Shown one piece after another: positions 45,192 through 57,082 of a stretch of 57,082 nucleotides of DNA. The stretch is from the NCBI RefSeq assembly GCF_001194135.2, contig NC_068981.1:136731397-136788478 (forward strand), written 5' to 3'. The translations under genes were made by a program, and so were the position numbers. Each line of letters opens with the position of its first letter. Positions within the stretch are counted from its first letter, which is position 1. This stretch comes from Octopus bimaculoides (taxonomy: Eukaryota). Below the pieces are notes generated by a model. That model was not told where the DNA came from and made no database searches. It worked only from the letters and a program-made list of their open reading frames with translations.

Positions 45192-45992
45192 ACGCACGCA
45201 TACACACACTACCTTGCACAACTGCGTTCTATTTGTTTTTCATATTTTTCTTTTTTTATGCCGTATTTCCTTTTGGGTCCATTAATTTGTTCGAAACCAC
45301 ACACAACACAAACACTGAAGGAAGAAAAANNNNNNNNNNATATACACAATACACACTACATATATATACACACTATATATATATATATATATATATGCAC
45401 ATACACGCTATATATATACACACATATCCGTACACACATACATACACACACACACACATACATACACACACACACATACATACATATGCACACACACACA
45501 CACATCTATGTAAGTACACACATACTGCACTGGCATGGATTTACTCTAACGCATTATCGATTCTCCTACTCTACGACGCCTCATCTATGAAAGAACATAT
45601 ACACGTGTTCTTGCATAGTTATTAGGCGTCGAGCGGTTGGAATCGATCAAGAACTGGGAATAAGCACCTTCTAGCAGTAGTTTTAGTCATGTTCCTCTGC
45701 ATCCCGAGTTCGAATCCCACCAAAGTCAGAGGCAATAGATCGCAGAACCTGTGGAGCATCGGACAAAATGCCTGCGGTATTTATGTTTCAGACTGAGGTG
45801 ATCCCTGAGTTGAGAACATCGCTTTCAATTTCTGCTAATATAAAAAGATTTTTAAAAAACCTTAAAGTTGTGTATCTCAACCATTTTTTTTTTTTGTGGG
45901 AGGCTTATTTTGGACGCTTTTTGGTTCTTATTTTACTCGACTGGACCCTCATAGTCACTCGGTGTTTAAATAAGTCCATTATATTTTTATAA

Positions 45993-46828
45993 TGGCTGTG
46001 TGATAAGAAGCTTGCTTCTCAGCCACATGGTTCCGGGTTCAGTTCCACTGCGTGGCAGCTTGGGCAAATGTCTTCTATTATAGCCTCGGGCCGACCAAAG
46101 CCTTGTAAGTGGATTTGGTAGACGGAAACCGAAAGAAGCACGTGGTATANNNNNNNNNNNNNNNNNNNNNNNNNNNNNNNNNNNNNNNNNNNNNNNNNNN
46201 NNNNNNNNNNNNNNNNNNNNNNNNNNNNNNNNNNNNNNNNNNNNNNNNNNNNNNNNNNNNNNNNNNNNNNNNNNNNNNNNNNNNNNNNNNNNNNNNNNNN
46301 NNNNNNNNNNNNNNNNNNNNNNNNNNNCTTGACAACCGATGTGTGTATGTTTACATCCCGTAGCTTAGCATTTCGGCAAAAGGAGCCGATAGAAGTCTCG
46401 GGGTCGATTCCTTCGACTAAAAGGCAGTGCTCCAGCATGGTCGCAGTCAAAATGACAAACGAGTAAGAGATGAAAAATAAATATTATTAGGAATCTTATG
46501 AAAAAAGGCTGATAAAATAGTTTGTGTATTATAGGTACAGTTGTGTGGTAAGAAGCTTGCTTCCCAACCACATGGTTCCGGGTTCAGTCCCAATGCGTGG
46601 CACCTTGGGAAAATGTCTTCTACTATATCCTCGGGCTGACCAAAGCCTTGTGAGTCTACGTCTTCATAACTTAACGGTTCGGCAAAACTGACCAATAGAA
46701 CGAGTACTAGGTATACAAAGAATAAGTCCTGGGGTCAATTTCTTCGATTAAAAGAAAAGAAAAACCTTTAAGGCGGTGCTCCAGCGTGGCCGCAGTCAAA
46801 TGTCTGAAACAAGTAAACGAATAAAAGA
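45993..46828 (+). mobile_element. Two tandem SINE family A copies (second lacks the central microsatellite), interrupting a hAT relic at ~45868-45990
   Basis: Heads at ~45993 and ~46535. The preceding TCTCAACC...TTCTTATTTTACTCG...GGACCCTCATA matches 55431-55540. Confidence 0.8.
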
Positions 46829-47451
46829 AAAAAAGATCGCCGGGATCTTCACGTTTTGAGTACTCCACCTAGGTCACCTCTGCCTTTCGACCTCATTGAC
46901 GGTCGATAAAATATCAAGTATACCAGTCAAGTATAACGATCGATTTAAATATTCCTTTAAAACATCCGAGCTGTGAATGGAATTGTAATAGAAAACTTTG
47001 CCTTTCATCTCTCCAGTACTAGTACAGCTAAATATTGTTTCATTCAACAAGCTAAACATTGTGTTTAGCTGTTGAATGAATTTACCACACAGCTTCATGT
47101 CATTGTGCTGATGTTGCCGATAATGTTAAACACCCGGGTCAGGACTAACCGAATAGGTCTATGATTGTTGTCGTTCCATTTGTGACCATCCAGTATATCA
47201 GTGACTATAATGTTTAAATGTAACCCTATCTATCTATCTGTCTGTCTATCTCTATCTGTCTACCTACTTCTCTATCACTATATGTATATAGCTATCCATC
47301 ATATCCTGTGATCGACGTCATTCCAACTTTGACCATCCAGTGTCACTTCAAATCAGTGACTATACTTTTTCGAATCGCGTCTGAAGGCGGTAGGATGTGA
47401 TTTTGAGAGATATTGGCTGCTCTTTCTGGCTAGTTGAATGATTGCATAGAA

Positions 47452-47568
47452 TAGGCATGGACAACCTTTTTCGCAACAAGCGGGCCACACTGCCAAAAAT
47501 ATTCAAGGTAAATAGTTCGATAGGCGTCCAATTCAGAAAAGCCTGTGGGCTATAGGTTGACTAGCTTA
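47452..47568. mobile_element. Degenerate hAT-like MITE
   Basis: TAGGCATGGACAACC...GCGGGCCACA ... GCCTGTGGGCTATAGGTTGACTAGCTTA. TSD not retained. Confidence 0.5.
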
Positions 47569-48039
47569 GAGACTCCCTCATTGGTTTGTTAAGTTAATGT
47601 AAGAATTTACTGTTCATGGCAGAATCGGTTGGGTCCTGGACAAAATATTCAACGGTGTTTAGGTATGTGCCCCCAGTTCAAGTTCAAATCCCATCGAAAT
47701 CAATTTTGACTGTTACTTGATTAATCGACCCAAGAATTGTGAAAGACAAAGAGAACTCGAGTTGATCCTAATCAATTATATACCCCATCCCCTCATCTGT
47801 GAATATGTGGACTCGTGTTCATTTCAGTCATTATTGTAATACCCGGAACGGTACAGAAATCGTGATCCGGTTTCGATTTACAGTTGGAATTTCACTTCAT
47901 CATGTCGCTAATGCTTTCGTAGAAAACATACTGGATGTTAAAAATCCTTAACTTTACTATTCTGCAAAATCAGTTTAAACCACCGCCACTAGTAACACAA
48001 GCCTTTGTTATCAGAGTCGATCTTGAGCCAACGAGGTAG

Positions 48040-48245
48040 CTTCGGTTTTTATGTGGTTACTGATCTGCTAAAAATACTAGTCAAATCTCTCACAAACCAT
48101 ACTTTATTGTCTTTGGAAAGGACAGATGGATAATGTAGTGTGGAGTATAACTATGCTATGAAAAGGAAAAGGCAGGATAGTCACGACTTGAAAGCCATTG
48201 ATCATAGGTCTGCGCAATCAGGGCTGACTCGGGAATAAACGAGAG
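48040..48245 (+). mobile_element. Dispersed repeat family E
   Basis: TATGTGGTTACTGATCTGCTAAAAATA...GATCATAGGTCTGCGCAATCAGGGCTGAC. Confidence 0.7.
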
Positions 48246-49029
48246 GAATACACTAGCTAATATGTAGTTTATTAAAGGGCGCATTAGCTTGTGTATTCCT
48301 AGATTGCCATGTCTAACAAACGAGATTGTCAAGGTGAGAAAGTCTTTGGCTGGCTCGATCAGGGCTTTCCTCGGGTTTAACAACAACTACAACCTGGTCT
48401 TGATACATTGCTAATGCCCACTACGCTGCTTATGACATTGGGGGAAAGTATGAACATCACAACAACTCATTCATGGTACAGACCTCAAAATCTGAAGCAT
48501 AAGCCTGTACTTAAACTGTTTTCTTTCGGACCAACGTGGATGCCTTCTATGTGGTTGCTGACATGCTAGAAATAGCAGTCAAATGTTCTTTAAATGTTCG
48601 TTTTTAAGTAAAAACGATGTACACAATAAACAATGCAATCTCTCCACTCACGGAAAATAAAAGCAAAGTGCGCATTGGATATCACAGTCCTTCTTACAAG
48701 GGGATGGTCATGGTTGGAATGCTTCTGTTCGCAGAGTTCCACACTTTCGTTAGTTATCATCAATGAATACAGAACTTATCTGGTCCATACGATAAATACC
48801 AGTAATGTACTGAGGGACAGGGAGGTTGATTCATATCAGTTACATTTCTTCTTATAGCTTTAACATATTGTTAGAAAACAGTACCGAAAACTATGTCTTT
48901 AAATTAGTTTACACCACATTTCTGATGATAACGTGTGTTTATTCAACACTAAGTATTTCCGAGTCAACAAGGAAGCTTCTTCTATGGTGGTCGGTCTATT
49001 TGCTAGAAATAGATTGTAAATCACCCAAG

Positions 49030-49392
49030 CTTGGCTGTGTGGTTAAGAAGCTCGCTTTGCAACCACGTGGTTTCCGGTTCAGTCGAATAGTGCGGCGCCT
49101 TAACCAAGTATCTTCTACTATAGTCCCGGGCCGATCAATGCGTTGAGAGTGAATTTGATAGACAGAAACTGAAGCCCACCGTGTGTGTGACCCCACCCCC
49201 AACAACCACTTGACAACTGGTGTTTGTTTATATCCCCGTCACCTAGTGGTTCGGTAAAATAAACGATAGAATACGTATCAGATTTGAAAACAACAACAAG
49301 CCCATAAGTACTGGGGTCAATTTGTTCAACTTAAAACCCTTCAATGCAGAGCTCCAGCTTGGCCGCAGTCCAATGCCCGAAACAAAAGATAA
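49030..49392 (+). mobile_element. SINE family A
   Basis: Head TTGGCTGTGTGGTTAAGAAGC through tail. Confidence 0.8.
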
Positions 49393-49871
49393 TATATAAA
49401 AGATAAACCAGTCTACTGCGTTAAAAAGGTGGACATATTGGATGGCACCCCTTCTCCAGCCTTTTAACAAAGAGAGAAATCAGCGCCTGTGATTCTTCAC
49501 AAGGTTTCAGAGACTGGGAAAAACGGAAGGTATCCTTAAACCAAAAATCTGGGTTCAAAATGCTTGCAACAAAATGGGTTTTACTAAATGTATCTTTGGT
49601 GCTAGGTGGTGGTGTTTAACCCAGTGAAGGGATGAAGTCTACCAAGCAAGTAAGCCACGGCCGGATTTGAACTCAGAACGTCAAGAACCGAAGCATAAGC
49701 TACAAGGCATCGCATCTTGAGTGGTGCGCTAACGCTTCAGCGAATTTAGCGCCTTTGAATGGTAGTTCATTTATGAACGTAGGAAAAATAAAAGGCAAAG
49801 TTGACCAGAGCGGGATTTGAACTTAGAACGCAAAAGAAAAACACCGGAATAAATAAATAAATAAATAAATA

Positions 49872-50437
49872 GGAGCAGGCGTGGTTGTATGGAAAGAAGG
49901 TTCTTCCTAAGCACATGATTCCAGGTACAGTTCAACTGTTTGGCACTTTGGGTGAATGTCTTCTACTATAGCCACGGGCCAACCAAAGATTTGGGAGTGG
50001 ATTTGGTAGAAAGAAATTGAAAGAAGCCCATNNNNNNNNNNNNNNNNNNNNNNNNNNNNNNNNNNNNNNNNNNNNNNNNNNNNNNNNNNNNNNNNNNNNN
50101 NNNNNNNNNNNNNNNNNNNNNNNNNNNNNNNNNNNNNNNNNNNNNNNNNNNNNNNNNNNNNNNNNNNNNNNNNNNNNNNNNNNNNNNNNNNNNNNNNNNN
50201 NNNNNNNNNNNNNNNNNNNNNNNNNNNNNNNNNNNNNNNNNNNNNNNNNNNNNNNNNNNNNNNNNNNNNNNNNNNNNNNNNNNNNNNNNNNNNNNNNNNN
50301 NNNNNNNNNNNNNNNNNNNNNNNNNNNNNNNNNNNNNNNNNNNNNNNNNNNNNNNNNNNNNNNNNNNNNNNNNNNAAATTTCTCAAAGCAGTGCCCCAGC
50401 ATGGCCGGAGTCTAATGACTGAAACAAACAAACGATA
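49872..50437 (+). mobile_element. SINE family A spanning a gap
   Basis: Head before the gap, tail after it. Confidence 0.8.
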
Positions 50438-51684
50438 AAGATAGAAATATTTTATTTTATTTTCGTTAATTTATTTGTTTTTTTTTGTTTTTGTTTTTTG
50501 TTTTGTTTTTGGGTTGGAATATGACAAAAAATCCCCGCGAGAAATATTAATCATACGACTGAGTTACTTCTGACCTCCCATAAAAAAAAAAATTATTAAA
50601 CGACCCTGGAGAGGTGAACGGCAAAGTTGACCTCGGTGGGATTCGACACCGAAACCAGAAGTAGGAACAGACAAATACCGCAAGACATTTCGTCTGATAC
50701 TGAAATAACTCTCTCAGTTTGCCACCTACTAAGATTATAGGTAATTCTATAAACCCTCTAATTGAAAAGACGAGATGATCGTATCTAGGTTTTTTTTTTA
50801 AAAAAGGTCTGTTCGATCACAACTGGCAGCTAAGCAACATCAGTTTCTTTCTTTCCCCTGAGGTATGGAACTTTGAAGGACAGCTATTCCAGAATTCCGC
50901 CTCATATGGGGAGAAAAGAAATAAGTTATACATACATACACGCATATACATATATACACACACTAAAGAAGAATGATAGTCATCGTATGCCGTGAGTTGT
51001 TGACTGAACTCATTCATATAAACAAATTATTCCAAGCTTGGAATTTAGTATTACCAAAATATTATTGATACGAACTAATTCGCGGGCTTCTTTTAGGGGC
51101 CTGTTTTCTAAGATATTATTTATGCTCAGCGGCTTTCAATTCAGTCACATTTACATACGTATTTAAAAAGAAACTATTAGAATTTATCGTGGATTTTGTT
51201 TATGAATATGTCCATAATATTATGCTATTTAAAACAACACGGTTTTCCATTGTGTGTACGCTTCTCTTCCTCGTATGTTTGTGTATATATCAATGGAATA
51301 TATCTCCAGACCAAACATGAACACCACACAGACATATGTATATATATATTCATTCATTCACTCACTCATACAATACATATAACACACACGTGTGTAGGTG
51401 TATATAAATATACAGGCACACATCTCGTACATAAAGATGCATAGATATGCATAAATATACATATGTATATATTGCACAAATACACGTATATGAATTTGAA
51501 TATATACCACACATATATAGAGAGAAAGAAGGGGAAGAGAGATCAAAACAGCAAGATTTTTTTTAATGCAAATTCTAAGTGTAAGTAAAAAAAGATGAAA
51601 AGACAATGTATATTATAATGATAAATAATAAAAATCGAACTTGAAAATGTTGTTATATTGAACCAAATTTGGAAGCACAGAAAA

Positions 51685-51902
51685 ATGGTAAATGTGGGGG
51701 GAAGATATAAACGAAGAATACAATCGCTTCACATGTTGCGAAGAATAATAACAACACGTGCTCGCCCTCTCTTGTTGTTAGTGGTGTTAGCATCCATTCT
51801 CCTGCTGTTCTCGAAGACTATGAAGACTATAAGAAAAGATAATGAGGGGCGAGACAAACAGTTGGAATCGCAAGCCGATAATAATAAGGTTAAATGTCTT
51901 CG
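51685..51902 (+). CDS. Possible first exon of a type II membrane or secreted protein (competing interpretation)
   Basis: MVNVGGRYKRRIQSLHMLRRIITTRARP-LLLLVVLASILLLF-SKTMK...: basic N-terminus followed by a hydrophobic stretch that is not microsatellite-encoded. Possible donors at 51888/9 and 51902/3 (CG|GTAAAT). No downstream + strand exon found. Confidence 0.25.
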
Positions 51903-51976
51903 GTAAATAAATCTTCCATCACCTACCTTCGAATCCCGTTTTGGTCGTAGACGTTTGTGAAATTCCATCATTTTAC

Positions 51977-51998
51977 CCAAAGCATTGTCAAAGTGCAT
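51977..51998 (-). CDS. Candidate alternative first coding exon (MHFDNAL, phase-1 donor)
   Basis: gaccATG CAC TTT GAC AAT GCT TTG G|GTAAAA, with CT-rich UTR-like sequence upstream. A second, phase-0 donor AAG|GTAGGT lies at 51927/51926. Confidence 0.35.
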
Positions 51999-52378
51999 GG
52001 TCGGTCGCCCACGCTGTCTCTTTGCAGTTTTCACTCTCTCTCACTCTCTCTTTCTTTCTTATTATTTCTCCCTCTTCCTTCTCCTAGAAGTCTTTGTTAT
52101 AAATCGACTAAAGTATATTTCACCCGCATATCGATATTTACAAAATATATACAGTATACATGTTAATGTTTAATGTTTTTTTTTCTGAGTGTACAGTGCA
52201 TGTGTGCGAGTTTCTTTTTTCTATTCAATTTCCGCTCCTCTTTCTTTCATATGTGTGTGTGTATGTGTGTGTAACTTCGTGCCCTTAAATTTATATACTT
52301 CCGCTCAGCCACAAACCCACAAATACGGTGGGAATTGTGTGAAAACCAAATAATATTCGTTGAAGAACATTAGGGGCT

Positions 52379-52426
<48 letters not shown>

Positions 52427-52839
52427 ATTTGTGTGTGATTGTGTGTATATGCTGTCTATGGGTATAAACACAATTACTAAATCACATATTAAGGGTAATT
52501 TTTTTTTTTTTTCCTTTTTCTCTGTGAAGAAAAAGTTTGGAATACACAACTCCAATTATATATACATACGTACATACAAGTGTGTGTGTGTAATATATAT
52601 ATTGTTTGTGTGTGTTAAAGACAAATAGGGGAGAGAGAGGAAAAGACAGGCAGAAGAGTCTCAGTAGTCCGTCCAGTAGCGCTGTTTGTAAAATTGGTAG
52701 CAACAGATAGAGGCAGTTGAGCCGGCTTCTACGAGCAGGTTAGAGTAATACAAGAGGAAGGGGTTAAGATGGGATTAATCCGTGTAAACTGAACGGCCGA
52801 TGGGATTCCTCTGCGTGAATCTTAAACAACTGTCAGTGA

Positions 52840-53800
52840 CAGGGAAGTAGATAAAGGAAGAGATAGATAGATAGAATGGAAAGTATAGGGGAAAGTAGGA
52901 AGATAGAAAAAGGAAAAACAACGAAGTATAAAAACAAATACGAAGATGGGAGCGAGAAATAGCGAGACGGAGGACGAGAGGAGTAGTAAAAGGTATACAT
53001 ACATACATACATGTGTGTGTATTTGTGTACGTATGTATTTATTTATGTGTGTGTATTTGTGTACGTATGTATCTATTTATGTGTGTGTGCGAAGCAGAAA
53101 GAGAGAGAAGTAATTTAATACTTTGGTGTTAGAAAAAAAGCAGGAAAAAAGAAAAGGTAGAGTGAATGTGTGGGACACACACACACACACACACGGAGTC
53201 TCTTTCTCTCTCTCTCTCTCGTATACACACCCTCATACGCACACATGTAGTGAAGGAGAAAAAGAAGAAAAAAAGAAGCGGAAGAGGGGGGAGAAATTAA
53301 GCGAAGAAAAAAGTGTGACAAATATACCGAATAAGAGAGACAGAAGAAATAGGAAAGAGAAACATTGATAGACAGAATGAGACGAGGGATAAATGAGAAA
53401 GAGAAGTACAAAAGAAAAGAGAAACAGATAGAGAGAGAGAAAAAAAGAGAAAGAAAAGAAGAATGAAACAGATAAAGACAGAATTAGGAAGGTGGAGGGG
53501 AAGAAAGTAACAAAGAGTAAGTGATATGAACAGATAGGGTAGAAAAATAAACATTACATGAGAAAATTAGGGAAAGAGAGAACAAGAAATAAAGAGTAAA
53601 GACTGTGAATGGTAAAGAAAGATAAAAGAGAGTAAAAGTAATAAAGATAGACGGAGGGAGGGAGACCGAGGTGTGGGGGAGAGAGAAGAAGAGGTAGTAA
53701 GACTGGTGAAGAGTTGATGTCTCCGTTGCCGTCTTAATGGAAAGTGTGAGGGAATTGAGACGATAGGTTTGATACAAAATTGAGGGAACCTCAATGATGT
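52840..53800. repeat. ~1-kb purine-rich (GA) low-complexity tract
   Basis: Direct reading; polypyrimidine on the minus strand. Confidence 0.85.
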
Positions 53801-53814
53801 ATCACACAATTCTC

Positions 53815-54021
53815 TTGTTATTGTAGTAGTGGCTGTTGTGGTTGATAGTGTTGCTGGTAGGTTGTTGTGCGAGAGATAGTGTTGTTGTTGTGCTTATTGT
53901 TGCTGTTGTTGGTGGTGGTGGTATGTTGATATCGAAGATAGTTGTGGTGGTAGCGTTGTTGTTATTGTTGATAGTAGTAGTAGTGGTGATGGTAGTAGTA
54001 GTAGTAGTAGTAGTAGTGATG

Positions 54022-54057
<36 letters not shown>

Positions 54058-54102
54058 ATGGTAGTAGTAGTAGTGATGGTAGTAGTAGTAGTAGTAGTGA
54101 TG

Positions 54103-54142
<40 letters not shown>

Positions 54143-54490
54143 TTATAACAGTGCAGGCTAGCAATGCTAATGGTGTAGGTGGTGCTAGAGGCGGTGGTAG
54201 TATTGGTTGTGGTGGTGGTAGTAGTAGTAGTAGTAGTAATAGTAATAGTTGTAGTAGTAGTAGTAGTAGTAGTAGTAGTAATAGTTGTAGTAGTAGTAGT
54301 AGTAGTAGTAGTAGCGGTGCTGTTGATTGTGGTGGTAGAAGTGTTGGTGACAATAGTCGTGATTGTGTAGGTGATGTGCTGTGGTGGTAACGGTGCCAAT
54401 AATGGCAGTGGTGGAACTATCACTGATGCTAGTGTGTTGGTGCTAGAAGTGATAGTGGTACTATTGACAGTGATAGTGGTGGCGGCGGTA
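53815..54490. repeat. Compound (GTA)n/(GTG)n/(GTT)n trinucleotide microsatellite
   Basis: Direct reading; source of the poly-T/V/Y/L/S ORFs. Confidence 0.95.
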
Positions 54491-55430
54491 GTTTTTATTG
54501 CAGTTAGTGTTGTTTATGTCTCTTACTAAAACGTGCTACTACGGCAAAACACCATGTTCGATTTTTCGCTTAGGGGAAATTCTCTTCCCCACTTAAGTCG
54601 CGAATGCACTTCTGAAAGAATGAACGCCACAAAACCCCATTCTCCTCTTGGCTTTGTATGAATAAGAGATCAATCGGCGATGAGCAGAGACAGTGTTTCG
54701 AATCTCAATCAAAGTCATTTCAATTCAACTACGTCGTAAAAACACGAAGAAGAATCGCGCCAGTGAGAGGAATCTCCACTTGATCTGTCGACCGGCTAGA
54801 AATAACCACCTAATCTGCCTTAAATCATTCACAGTCTGACTTGTTAAGAAAGGAAGAATATAGGGATGATATAACTCTAGATATATTAGGACATTAGGTT
54901 GCGATCTGTGGGAGATTTTGATTATTATTTCTTGCAAGCCGTTCGACCACATAGAAGCCTCCTCGTTGACTTGGTTTTGGTTATGTTGTAGTTGTTACTG
55001 CAGTCAGTGTTTTGATGCAGTTCTTATTGTTATTGTTCATGTATAGCCCTAAGTTAGTAATTACCGAGCAATCCTTTTATTAAAGGTACTCCTCTCATGA
55101 CTATTCCATCTACAGCGACGTTGCCAACGTTTTGAAGTCGTTGTGGTCATCGTCATCACATCATTGCTGTTGTTGTGTAACCCCAGGCCAATCCAGTCCC
55201 GCTGAGGTCAGCTGAAACCCAGCGGAACCAGCTTTGCCTTTCATGCTTTCGGGACGGATAAAAAAAAATGTACCATTCCAAGATTGGGAATTGGACTTGT
55301 AGTATTTGTTCCAGTTCATTATATCCTGAGTTCAAATCCCGCCACATCTACACCAATGCAAGCATTCAGGCCCGATCTTCGGTTTCAGTATCCCATCTTC
55401 CCTTCCACCAGTCTCAGAGACCCTGTAAAG

Positions 55431-55679
55431 CAGTAGTTCTCAACTCTTTTTCACCTATGGACCCCTTTGATTCTTATTTTACTCGGGTGGGCCCTCATAA
55501 CCATTCCATGTTTAAAAAATCCTGTTATATTTTTGTAATTGAATATATTTTTGTAATTAAATATTTTTGTAATTAAATATTTTTGTAATTAAATATTATT
55601 AGGAATTGTGTAAAAGTAATTATTAAGATATTTTGTGCATTGTAGAAGTATAACCAGTTTATTGGAGATAAATTTTAAC
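55431..55679 (+). mobile_element. hAT (Charlie-like) MITE left part with ~16-bp tandem repeats
   Basis: CAGTAGTTCTCAAC terminus and ATATTTTTGTAATTAA-like unit x4; runs into a gap. Confidence 0.65.
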
Positions 55680-56029
55680 NNNNNNNNNNNNNNNNNNNNN
55701 NNNNNNNNNNNNNNNNNNNNNNNNNNNNNNNNNNNNNNNNNNNNNNNNNNNNNNNNNNNNCCTCAGATTATATCTGAGCTCTATCAGGGACAATACCTTC
55801 CATCTTGACTATAAAAACAGAACTTCCATCCCCAGATAGAGCTCAGATATAATCTGAGGTATTCCCTCCGTGACCATTCCACCTTTTGTTAAAGGTATGT
55901 AGGAACATACTATCTAATGTACCATTTCCGTATCTAAGACTGTGGGGGTGTATGATTTGAGGGAAATGTAGGTGCTCTTTCTAGGAAATTCAATGACTTC
56001 GTGGACACCCACAAGGTAGATCGATAACG

Positions 56030-56036
56030 TAGTAAC

Positions 56037-56078
<42 letters not shown>

Positions 56079-56105
56079 TGTTGTTGTTGTTGTTGTTGTT
56101 GCTGT
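56030..56105. repeat. (GTA)n(GTT)n microsatellite
   Basis: Direct reading. Confidence 0.95.
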
Positions 56106-56247
56106 TCCTTAAGTATTTTGATGACTCCTTCATGGAATCCTTGATCCGCAGCAAGCATGTACAAATAAATAAACTATTTAGTTAATAAATATATGAATAA
56201 AATTAATTTCCTAGACATTGATTTATATTTAATTAGACACTTTAATA

Positions 56248-56341
56248 CGCACGAATCCCAAGTAGAGAGGGGAAAAAAATGTGCGCTGAACCGCCCACGG
56301 ACAGTTTTGCGCACTTTTTTTTTCTCCCTTAGATTCGTGCC
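56248..56341. mobile_element. 94-bp palindromic mini-element
   Basis: GCACGAATC...GGGGAAAAAAATGTGCGC / GCGCACTTTTTTTTTCTCCC...GATTCGTGC, flanked by AATA on both sides. Confidence 0.55.
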
Positions 56342-56726
56342 AATAAAGTATCTAATTTAATTTAATCTAATTTAATGTCATTAATCGAAAATCTTAACCA
56401 ATTACTTAAATATTAATATTAATAATATAGAAATGTAATATTAGAATATAATGATTATAACAACAACGACGGCGGCGGTGATGATAATGGGGAGTGATAG
56501 TAATGGTGGAGGTGGTGGTGGTGGTGGTGGTGGTGGTGATAGAAAATCTTAAATAATATTTGTAATTTAAACACTTAAAATATATTGTTACCGTACTTTT
56601 TATTGAACTAGTTGACATTCAGTAATGGGAGTATTGTAAGTGATGTGCTTTAGGAAGGGTTTTGATGGTTGGTTGGAGATTTTGTCGTGCGTCACCTCAC
56701 TTTCCCAGATTCAAAAATATTTTTCC

Positions 56727-57082
56727 TTCTGGTCGCAGGGTGGTGACCACAACGTGGCCAGGGAACTTCAGCTAACGCTCCAGATCCACCAATAGCTGCC
56801 AGTCTCTTGCAGATGTTAGGATGCCCGCCGATGTTTTTCTGGCAGGGGTTGGCTGTTCCCCAGGTCTGACAAAGGTAATGGCTTTCTTGGAAGGTCGAAA
56901 CCGCTTCGCCCACACAAGTCCTGCGCTGATGGTTTCAGCGATGGTCTTAAGGACTTGGTCATGCCTCCAGCGGTACCGTCCTTCTCCAAGTGCCCCCGTG
57001 CAGCAGCTGAAGATGTGTTCCGGGGTTACTCACTTGGAACACAGCGCGCATGCTGGTATCTCTGCCATATCCATGTGTGCAG
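56727..57082 (-). mobile_element. HERO-type RLE non-LTR retrotransposon fragment (zinc knuckle to start of nuclease)
   Basis: LHTW/MAEIPACALCSK*VTPEHIFSCCTGALGEGRYRWRHDQVLKTIAE...AITFVRPGE...GILTSARDWQLLVDLER*LKFPGHVVVTTLRP: CCHC knuckle, RYRWRHDQVL and DWQLLVDL...LRP(D) motifs. Two stops and a frameshift; continues beyond the window end. Confidence 0.85.

Noticed and set aside
53802-54423. Long ORFs (poly-Thr, poly-Val, poly-Leu, mucin-like)
   Set aside because: All frames are open only because of GTA/GTG/GTT microsatellites; no splice or codon evidence.
55761-55859. Perfect 25-bp inverted repeat
   Set aside because: It begins exactly at a contig edge and one arm is part of repeat family E. 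It may be a chimeric-read or edge artefact and cannot be supported without long reads.

Overview
This is gap-rich, AT-rich, repeat-dense animal genomic DNA. The SINE families look like those of Octopus, which is an inference from recognised sequence. There is no long host ORF, and almost every entry in the ORF track is a microsatellite, SINE or N-gap artefact. The window holds: (1) dozens of tRNA-headed SINE copies from about 5 families whose head and tail modules are visibly shuffled; (2) decayed autonomous-element coding fragments: a rosa-type DD41D Tc1/mariner transposase, an RTE LINE 3' end, two CR1/L2-group RT C-termini and a HERO-type RLE LINE; (3) small non-autonomous DNA elements from many superfamilies (piggyBac, Tc1/mariner, hAT, Merlin-like, Helitron), a ~720-bp foldback palindrome and a probable solo LTR; (4) two tRNA-headed elements whose 3' parts carry degenerate Penelope-type minimal hammerhead ribozyme motifs; (5) a candidate host gene on the minus strand, with a 114-bp phase-1/phase-1 exon (188-301) and four short ATG-initiated candidate alternative first exons, all with phase-1 donors, spread over ~52 kb. 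All calls were made by eye without alignment or database searches, and repeat boundaries are approximate unless TSDs are given.
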